Source of the DNA: Dictyostelium discoideum
Taxonomy: Eukaryota
DNA length: 64,000 bases
Direction: 5' to 3'
Assembly: GCA_000004695.1 (NCBI GenBank)
Contig: CM000150.2
Location: 4,859,597 to 4,923,596 of the forward strand
Shown here: one piece after another, positions 56,483 to 64,000 of the stretch
How the letters are laid out: every line of letters starts with the position of its first letter
Position numbering within the stretch: position 1 is the first letter of the stretch
Made by a program: the position numbers and the translations under genes
Notes under the pieces: model-generated
The model's input: the letters and a program-made list of their open reading frames with translations, nothing else
What the model was told of the DNA's origin: nothing
The model's database searches: none

Positions 56483-59400
56483 CAATTTTTTTTTTTTAAA
56501 TTTTTTTCAATTTTTATTTGTTTATTAAATTGTAATTTTATTTTTTGTTTTAATTATTATTTTATTTATTATTATTGTTAATTTTTTTTTTTTTTCAATT
56601 TTTTTTTTTTTAATTTATTTTTATTAATTTATTTTTATTAACTCCCTGAGTTGTTCAATTGCTTGATTTACCATATCACTGTAAACACTGCACACAATTG
56701 AATTTTTTCTAGCTTTGTTACCTCTGGTGCATTTGATGTTTTTGCATTTTCCTTTGTATACAAAAAAGTCCAAATATAATTCGTTTTCTATTACAGTTTT
56801 TACACAATGTTGGTGAAATTGTTTTGATTTTAATTCTAATGCTTCTAACATCATATTTGAATTTTTAACGATTAAAGCATCACCACTATTTACATATAGT
56901 ACTTTGGCTGCTTTTTCGAGGAATTTAGTCAAATTTTCCTCTGAATCTAACTATTCTTCATTGCCATATTCAATGGCTAAATTTCTTAAGAGTTTTATCG
57001 AATCTATTAATTCTTCGATCATTCTTTTTTTTTGAAATTTTTTTTTATTTTGTTTTTTCAATTTTTTTTTTTTATTTTGTTTTTTCAATTTTTTTTAAGT
57101 TTTATTTTTTTTTATTTTTTTTTATTTTTTTTAACAAATGTAATTTTTTTTTATTTTTTTCAATTTTTTTTTTTTTTAATTTTTAATTTTTTTTTTTTTT
57201 TTTAATTTTTTGTGTTGATTTGTGTTTTTTTTGTTTTTTTGATTTGGCCACTTGTTTTTATTTTCTAATTTCCCCATACCCCCTTCTATTAATTGCAACC
57301 AAATCAAGTTCTAATTTTTGTGTCCTTGTTGACTTTGTTTTTGCAACTTTTTTTGAAGGTATCACATTAACGATTTTTCCTATTGATGGTGATTTGGAAG
57401 GTGATTTAAATGGTGATTTAAATGGTGAATTGGAAGGTGATTTAAATGGTGAATTGGAAGGTGAAATGGATGGTGATTTGGAAGGTAATTTAAATGGTGA
57501 TTTGGAAGGTGATTTAAATGGTGATTTAAATGGTGAATTGGAAGGTGAAATGGATGTTGATTTGAGAGGTGATTTGGATGTTGATTTGAGAGGTGATTTG
57601 GATGGTTTAGAATGTGATTTTAAAGGAGGTTTATTAACAATTGGTATCTTATGAGGACGGCCTCTGAGACGTTTAACAGTTGTTACTATACCACTACCAG
57701 ATTGTGGTATAGTATATGATGGTATTATTTGCACTTGAGGTATTGGTGGTACTATTTCTTTTAAATTCATATCCTTTCTCAAACAATTCATTAAATTTGG
57801 CGCTGTTGGATTATTATTTAAAAATGGGAGTATTTCTTCTTGTTCCATTTCATTATTGAGTTTGTGTTGAAATGGATTATCGTTAATGATAGGTGGAATA
57901 TTTGATGGATTGTTAAGAGCATCTTCCAAAACCCTAAATGGATCATTTTGTGTTACCAATTGATGCAAGTTGAAATTGGATAAATCCTTACCAAGATTTT
58001 TAATAAACTGAACCAGAAATTCAATAACTTTCCCATCATTATTTAAATAAAGACCAGAAGTAAAAGAATCAATATCTTTTTGTATGTTTGGCGATGTTCT
58101 AAAAATATCAACTGTTGATTGTTTATAAAGAACCAACTTGTTACCTCCTACAAAACCAGAGTATAAACCTTTTTTTTGAAGGCTATTGATTCCATCTTCC
58201 AAAAATTCAAGTTTATAAAGTTGTTTAGTGTCTTCCTGTATTACCTTATGAATTTTACACAAAATCAATATTTTCTATTAGAATTAAATATAAAATTTGT
58301 TAATTATTACTGTTTCATATATTATTAATCTTTATGTTTTAATTACTTACATTATTTTTTTTAATTTCTAGAAAGAGTACAGTATCACCAACTTTCAATC
58401 CCTTTGGTGGTTTTGAATTCCATTGATTTTGGTAACTTGTGAGATTTTCAAGAATAATAGCTGTTATTTCTTCTTTTGAAACATCTGAAACACCAATTGA
58501 TTGAGAGTCTTGTTCTGATTGCACATTAATAAACAAAGGTACAATACCAACAGCTTGAGATGGTGTCATTTTAATTGTTCTTGTTTTTGTATTATTGTAA
58601 TCATACAAAGCTTGTTTTAATAGTTCAGAAAGAGACCTAGAAGTACCATCAAGAAAACTAAAATTTATTTATAAATGATTAATTAATAAACATATCGATA
58701 ATTTATATTGTTCAAAATATCATACTCTTGTTGTTTTAATTTTGAGATCCTCTCCTTGATAGTTCGATTCAATCTTTCTACCATACCTTGAGTTGTTGGT
58801 GTACGAGGAGCTCCATGTGCTGACTTGGAGCCTGGAAAAAGTTTTAGGAATTCTTTTTGGACTTTGTTTTTAAATTCACGTCCATTATCGCAGTGCCATA
58901 CTTTCACAGAGTTTTAATATAAAAGTTACAAAACATCATATAAAAAATGATTGATACCAAACCTTTTATTCTATTTCGTTGGCAAATGTCACACGTATCT
59001 ACTGCATCAGATACAAAAGAATACAATCCCATATTATAATATTTAGTCTTGTAGTTCCCATAGGTTGCATCTCTTCCTATATGACCTTTATGCATTTCTT
59101 CCCAGAGTGATACCATTCTATAATCATTAATTACTTCTAAACACACTTCTTTTGATATATTTCTATCTCCGCCACAATTCATGACTTTTTTTTCAATTCT
59201 AAATAATTTTTCTTTTCTGTTTCTGTTTTTTATTGGTCAGAATTTAAAAAATGATTGTGTTATGGTAAGGAAAAATATTTACTCATCATGTAAAAATTTA
59301 TAATTTTTATGTTTAGTATTTTCAAAATTATTATCTTCAATAAATTTTAAATAATTTATTCTGTTTCATTTTGGGGAAATGAAAATAAAAAAAAAAAAAA

Positions 59401-59692
59401 AAAAAAAAAAAGTTTTGTTGGGGAAAAAAAAAAAAAATTTTGGCGCAAAAAAAAAAAAAAAAAATAAAATAAAAAAAAAAAAAAATAAAATAAAAAAAAA
59501 AAAATAAAAAAACTTAAATAGAACTAATAATCAAATAAAAGATAATAATTTAATAAACTTTATTTGTTTTTTGAAAAAAAAAAAAATTTAGGGTCAGTGA
59601 TTTTTTTTTTTCACTACGCTACTGTAGTGAAATTAAATAATAAAATTCACTACGCTACTGTAGTGAAATTTTATTGAAAATTCCCTACAACA
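56247..59692 (-). mobile_element. Tdd-4/Ginger2-type DNA transposon (retroviral-integrase-like transposase, TIR-bounded), 3446 bp, with a 5-bp TSD TGAAG
   Basis: TIRs of 100 bp or more run TGTTGTAGGGAATTTTCCATAAAATTTCACTACAGTAGCGTAGTGA..., present at 56247.. and inverted at ..59692, each with an internal direct duplication of AATTTCACTACAGTAGCGTAGTGA. TGAAG lies at 56242..56246 and at 59693..59697. Size, TIRs, introns and the integrase gene match what is known of Dictyostelium Tdd-4 (3.8 kb, 5-bp TSD, integrase-like ORF). Confidence 0.7.
57258..59182 (-). CDS. Integrase-like transposase of the Tdd-4-like element (HHCC zinc finger + DDE core + C-terminal tail with SPxK repeats); interrupted by short introns
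   Basis: Zn finger H..GH.G...C..C (HKGHIGRDATYG...CDICQRNR). Core WHCDNGREFKN...HGAPRTPTTQGMVERLNRTIKE. C-terminal region ...GLKVGDTVLFLE. Tail (SPLKSTSK/SPFKSPSK)n. Junctions fit GT...AG introns (for example, donor GTATGA and acceptor TTTTAG between 58683 and 58608). Confidence 0.65.
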
Positions 59693-59697
59693 TGAAG

Positions 59698-60317
59698 TTT
59701 CGTTTGAAAATCTTTTGGTGAAAAAATCAGCATCAGATTGTAATTGATTAGCTCTTTTTTTACCCGTTTTGTTTTTGTTTGATTGAGTTGTGATTCCACC
59801 ATTATTGGAAGTTGTTGCAGCTTCATGTGTTGATCTAACTTCGGTGGTAGAGTGCTCGATTGCTTTTCCAACTAGGTCATCTGTTGATTTTCTTTTGGTT
59901 ATTTCGATATCCCTTTGCAATTTATTTTTACTTGAGAGTTTGGTGGCCTCTATTCTAGAAGTAGGCTCAGTATTGTAATAAGCCTTTATAATAGCAGAAT
60001 GATTATCTGCTTTATAATGATTACTGATGTGCTGTTGACACTGGTTTTGATTAATCATATGAGAGACACCATCTTCATCTTTGTTAAGCCTAACCTTCTC
60101 TATAATCTTCACTAAGTCTTTTGGGTACCAATTTTTTCTTTTTATCTTTATCAATATAAAACACTTCTTTAATAGTTGCCGTACCATATTCTACATTCTC
60201 AACAACATACTGTTTATCCAAAATGTTTTTCCAATAGCTTATATTTTGTCCACTCAATTTGGTATTATGAAATTTATAATCTATTTTAAATTTTACATCT
60301 TCGTCATATTTTTCCAA
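59698..60317 (-). pseudogene. Frameshifted ORFs of the host TIR element (unrecognised protein)
   Basis: ORFs 60090..60317 and 59698..60187 overlap with a frameshift. The downstream one reads through into the Tdd-4-like TIR, meaning the gene was disrupted by the insertion. Confidence 0.35.
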
Positions 60318-61119
60318 GAGTTTTTTTAATTTATTTTTATTATTTTTTCAATTTCTGTTGCAGAAAGTTGATTATTTAATTTATTGTCTTTACTGAAGAC
60401 CATTTTTTGGAACGAAAACTTTAAAAAAATAAAAAAATAAAAAAAAAAATACTTTTTTTTTTTAATTTTTTTTTTTATATTTTTTTTTTTATATTTTTTT
60501 TTTTTAAATTTTTTTTTTTAATTTTTTTTTTTTATTTTATTTTTTTAAAGTTTCGAACAATTATATATAAAAAAAAAGTAAAAGATATCCCTTCGGTTAA
60601 TTAAATAATAATAATAATAATAATAATAATATAATAATAATAATAATAATAATACTTATTTCGAAATGTTTAAACAATCATACAGTTTAAAATTAAATAA
60701 ATTGTTTTAAACCACCACTTTTTTTGAACACATGAAAATAAATAAGATATAAAAATAATAAGATAAAAAAAGATTTTTTTTTTTTTTTTTTTTTTATTTT
60801 ATAATTATTCTTGTCGTCAGTATTGTTACTATAATTAATCCCATGAGTTTTTTTTATTATTATTTTTAATTCTTTTATATTTGAGATGATTATTATTAAT
60901 TAAATGACTTTGAGTTTTTTTTTTTATATTTCTATGCCCAAAATTACCATATTAATTTCAGCAGCCATATTAATTTCAGCCTAAAATAGTTGGTCTGTGC
61001 ATGCCAAAATTAATATGGCTGCTGAAATTAATATGGTAATTCTAGCAGACATAAGTCCCATGCCAAAATTACCATATTAATTCCAGCAGCCATATTAATT
61101 TTGGCATGGGACAGTTATA

Positions 61120-61930
61120 CAGACCATTTTAAATAATTTCCATTTTTGTAAGTTCTAAAAACTTCCATTTTTGGAAATTTCCTTTTTAGAAATATCCTTA
61201 TAAGATAATATCCTTTTTAGAAATTTCCTTATATGGTAATTTCCTTTTTTAGAATTTTTTTTTCATTAAACTATTTTTTATGCGTCGATCAAACAAAGTT
61301 TGGGATTTTTTTTTTTTATAAAATTTTTTTTCTAAGTCAATTTTTTTTATAAAAATTTTATTTTTCTTCACAAAAACAACTTGGTTTATATAAAAAAAAT
61401 GTTTAAAGTGTTTTGAAACATTTTTTGTTTAAAAAAATAAAAATTTAAAAAAATTTCCTTTTTAAGAAAAAAAAAAAAAAAACTTGAAAGTTCGATTTCT
61501 TCATAGATCTCGTAAAGGCAAGCATTATTTTTTAAAAATTATTTTTTTTGAAAATACCGTATTTGGAGAGATCTCAGGAATGAGAACTTTCACTCGCGTT
61601 CTAAATCTATATTTCCGTAAGGAAATATTACTATATATGGTAATTTCTATAAAATGAAATTTCCTTTTTTGGAAATTTCCTTTTAAAGTAATATCCTTTT
61701 TAGGAAATTACTAAAAATAGATGTCCCTCTGTCGATATGTCTCCGAAAAATCTTAAAAATATCTCCGATACATCTCCAAAAAATCTCTGAAAAAATCTTG
61801 GAATTTCTCTATTTTGTGTACCCCCTACCTCCCTAGATCCCAGGTTGAAACCCAGGGAATGTAACCTTACACAAAACCCCAGGGATATAACCTTACACAA
61901 AACCCCAGGGATATAACCTTACACAATATA
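61120..61930. repeat. Tandem-repeat block, possibly LTR-like: (TTTCCTTTTTAGAAAT)-type units, then three copies of CCCCAGGGATATAACCTTACACAAAA
   Basis: Repeats seen directly. It lies immediately upstream of ORF 62058, which could be a gag-like ORF of a retroelement. Confidence 0.4.
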
Positions 61931-62057
61931 ATTTTAATTTTTTTTAATAAAATTTATTTTTTTTTTAATTTTTTTTCAAATATATTTTTTATTTTTTATT
62001 ATTTTTTATTTTTTTTTTTCATTATTATTTTTTTTTTTTAAATTCGTAACTATAAAA

Positions 62058-62750
62058 ATGTCGCATAATAAAAGATTAATTAAACAAACTTCTAGAACAA
62101 CACCAGATTTTAGTTCTATTAGAAAAAAACAATTCATTAAAAAGATTGTATATGTTAAAAAACAAGAAGATGTATCTTCATCATTAAAAGATGTATCCTT
62201 ATCTTCATCACCAACAATTAATAATGATCTTATTACTAATTTTGATCAAATTGCAGTGTTAATTGAAGATATTTCTATTTCTAATCACCAATTTGAAAGT
62301 AGTGACAGTGATTGTAGCAGTGGTGACGGTTTCAATGGTGGTATCTTGAAAAATAGTGACAATGAATTTGAAGGTGCACTTGACCATCAACATAATTTTT
62401 CTTATAGAAAAGAGGAAAAAAATGAATCATCAAAGTCAACAAAATTGGTTACTGAATCAAGTATTGAAATTGATAGTTCAAATCCAATTTCTACAAAGTT
62501 TAATAGAAGTTATCCAACAATCAATTCATTAAATGATGTTAATTTTAACAAAGAATACTTGATTCGTAAAGATTCTAAAGTCAAATCAATTATTTATTCT
62601 TCTGATGATGAAAAAATTGGTAGTGGTAGTGGTAGTGGTAGTGGTAGTGGTAGTGGTAGTGGTAGTGGTAGTGGTAGTGGTAGTGGTAGTGGTAGTGGTA
62701 GTGGTAGTGGTAGAATCCATCTTCTTTGCCCATCTCTCCCATATTTCTGA
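62058..62750 (+). CDS. ORF of 230 aa, S/D-rich, ending in a (GS)n tract; possibly a retroelement gag-like or spurious ORF
   Basis: Clean ATG, no introns, higher complexity than the surrounding sequence. No recognisable domain. Confidence 0.25.
   Translation: MSHNKRLIKQTSRTTPDFSSIRKKQFIKKIVYVKKQEDVSSSLKDVSLSSSPTINNDLITNFDQIAVLIEDISISNHQFESSDSDCSSGDGFNGGILKNSDNEFEGALDHQHNFSYRKEEKNESSKSTKLVTESSIEIDSSNPISTKFNRSYPTINSLNDVNFNKEYLIRKDSKVKSIIYSSDDEKIGSGSGSGSGSGSGSGSGSGSGSGSGSGSGSGRIHLLCPSLPYF
62620..62710. repeat. (GGTAGT)n hexanucleotide microsatellite, about 15 units
   Basis: Seen directly; encodes (GS)n on the plus strand and (TT)n on the minus strand. Confidence 0.9.
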
Positions 62751-62830
62751 AAGGAATCTTGGATCTCTATCGGAGACGATTGTTCTTGGATAACCATGGA
62801 GTCTGAACACATGATTCAACAATAATTGAG
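62712..62830 (-). pseudogene. Fragment of a Ty3/gypsy-type (LTR retroelement) integrase catalytic core
   Basis: The minus-strand reading LLNHVFRLHGYPRTIVSDRDPRFLSEIWERW matches the conserved h.HG.P..IvSDRD..Fts.FW block around the catalytic Glu of gypsy/Ty3 integrases. The upstream sequence is not integrase-like, so only about 35 aa remain. Confidence 0.5.
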
Positions 62831-63305
62831 CAGTATGTTGGGCATCATACGGCCATTTGTCAATAGTAGGTCGGCGGTGGTGGTCATCAGCTGATGACAG
62901 AGGACCGTTTGCTCATAGTGGGCTTACTGGGTGACTTAGGCTACTATGTTGTAATTCTCTCGATTTGTCACTGTCATTCGGCTAGCATTTAGAGGTTAAC
63001 GTAATCAATATACATTGGTCACAAAAAACTTTTTAATGGTGGAAGGTAAATTTAATGTCACTAATAATCGGTCCGTCAAATTGGTTAGTTAGAGGGCATT
63101 AAGCGTGCTGAAAGCTATTAGAAAGGATCAATTGTGTTGATTCGACCTATCTCTAATATGTTAGTCGGGTATGTCCGGCAGTTTAGCGGCAGGGGGAACG
63201 GTGTACGCGCTGGGTTTCTGGCCACCGTTGCAGTAGCAGGTAAGATCTGCGTAATACTAGTACTTGTCCGAAAGATTATTCTAATTCCGCCTCACCTTTG
63301 TAAGA

Positions 63306-63635
63306 TTACCCGCTGAACTTAAGCATATCAGTAAGCGGAGGAAAAGAAACTAACTAGGATTCCGTCAGTAACGGCGAGTGAAGACGGAATAGCCCAAGGT
63401 TCAAACCTGGATCTCTTCGAGGTTAGGTGATGTGACCTATGGACTGATGGAGCCCGCTGTTGTGACTGCTAATTCCGTTTGGAATTTCGAGTCGTAGAAG
63501 GTGATAACCCTGTTCGCAGTATCACAACAGTTGGACTTTGCCATTAGCTCCACGAGTAGGAATGTCTGAAATTGCATTCTGAATGGGTGATAAGATTCAT
63601 CCAAGGCTAAATATATGTTAGGAGATCGATAGCAT

Positions 63636-63666
<31 letters not shown>

Positions 63667-63900
63667 TTTGAAAAAAGGTTTAAAAGTATTTGACACCGTT
63701 TATGTGGAAGCGTTTACTTGGACCCCGATTAATGACGTCGGTTTAGCTCTAATTCTTAGGTGGCCAAAGTAGAGTGTTACGTGCTGATCAAAAGGGAACG
63801 GACATTTGATTCATTGGTTATCGACGAGGAAGGGACTCTAAATCGGCCAGTTACTAACGGGTGAGATCTGATGTCTATAAAATGGAGGATGAGGCTTATC
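63306..63900 (+). rRNA. 5' end of large-subunit (26S/28S-type) rRNA gene, partial (runs into the N gap)
   Basis: TTACCCGCTGAACTTAAGCATATCAGTAAGCGGAGGAAAAGAAACTAAC is the universal eukaryotic LSU 5' terminus. Downstream ...AGTACCGTGAGGGAAAGGTGAAAAGAAC is the conserved D1-region motif. Confidence 0.9.
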
Positions 63901-64000
63901 NNNNNNNNNNNNNNNNNNNNNNNNNNNNNNNNNNNNNNNNNNNNNNNNNNNNNNNNNNNNNNNNNNNNNNNNNNNNNNNNNNNNNNNNNNNNNNNNNNNN
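63901..64000. other. Assembly gap (100 N)
   Basis: Run of N characters. Confidence 1.

Larger units (their letters stand above)
55706..61113. mobile_element. Unclassified DNA-transposon-like element (about 1.96 kb once the nested insertion is subtracted), with inverted terminal regions of about 280 bp and a 6-bp target-site duplication GTTATA (55700..55705 and 61114..61119). It hosts the Tdd-4-like insertion.
   Basis: 55706..55990 is the reverse complement of about 60850..61113 (termini TGTCCCATGCC.../...GGCATGGGACA). The termini contain hairpin-capable palindromes (CCCATGCCAAAATTA...TAATTTTGGCATGGG). Identical hexamers flank both ends. Confidence 0.6.

Noticed and set aside
57220-57654. 144-aa plus-strand ORF of GDLEGDLNG repeats
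   Set aside because: It is the mirror image of the SPxK repeat in the minus-strand transposase C-terminus and is a repeat artefact.
62830-63300. Possible 5.8S rRNA / ITS region upstream of the LSU 5' end
   Set aside because: No 5.8S core motifs (GATGAAGAACGCAGC, GAATTGCAGAATTC) are present. Only the LSU itself is called, and the upstream 480 bp is left as unassigned spacer or junction sequence.

Overview
AT-rich (roughly 75-80% A+T) eukaryotic nuclear DNA with the hallmarks of a dictyostelid social-amoeba genome (Dictyostelium discoideum-like; this is an inference from composition and gene structure, no search was run). The hallmarks are in-frame (CAA)n/(AAT)n homopolymer codon runs, short AT-rich introns with GTAAGT/GTATGT donors and T-rich...AG acceptors, and very short intergenic spacers. 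From 1 to 50.4 kb the window is a dense array of about 20 ordinary protein-coding genes, most with 1-6 small introns that I reconstructed by hand with phase checks. They include an NPC1-like sterol transporter, a Mediator Med23-like protein, a 3-RRM RNA-binding protein, a Nab2/ZC3H14-type CCCH finger protein, DNA primase large subunit, CCT-alpha, a BRCT protein, a WD40+kinase protein, a LYR protein, a GRIP golgin, TDP1, an SPF45-like UHM protein, an F-box protein and an ML/NPC2-like protein. From 50.6 to 62.9 kb the window is a nest of transposon-derived DNA. It contains CACTA/EnSpm-like termini with TNP2-like transposase fragments, a 635-bp TIR-bounded derivative that carries a tRNA-like gene with a downstream extra-B-box-like motif, and four ~190-bp tandem subterminal repeats. 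It also contains a 5.4-kb TIR element (6-bp TSD GTTATA) that has been hit by a 3.45-kb Tdd-4/Ginger-type integrase-encoding DNA transposon (5-bp TSD TGAAG), followed by LTR-retroelement debris. The window ends with the 5' end of a large-subunit rRNA gene and an N gap. The right third therefore looks like a subtelomeric transposon graveyard joined to rDNA. No prokaryote-style defence system or CRISPR array is present. The most unusual content is the nested DNA-transposon architecture, the unclassified host TIR element, and the tRNA-like gene embedded in a MITE-like element.
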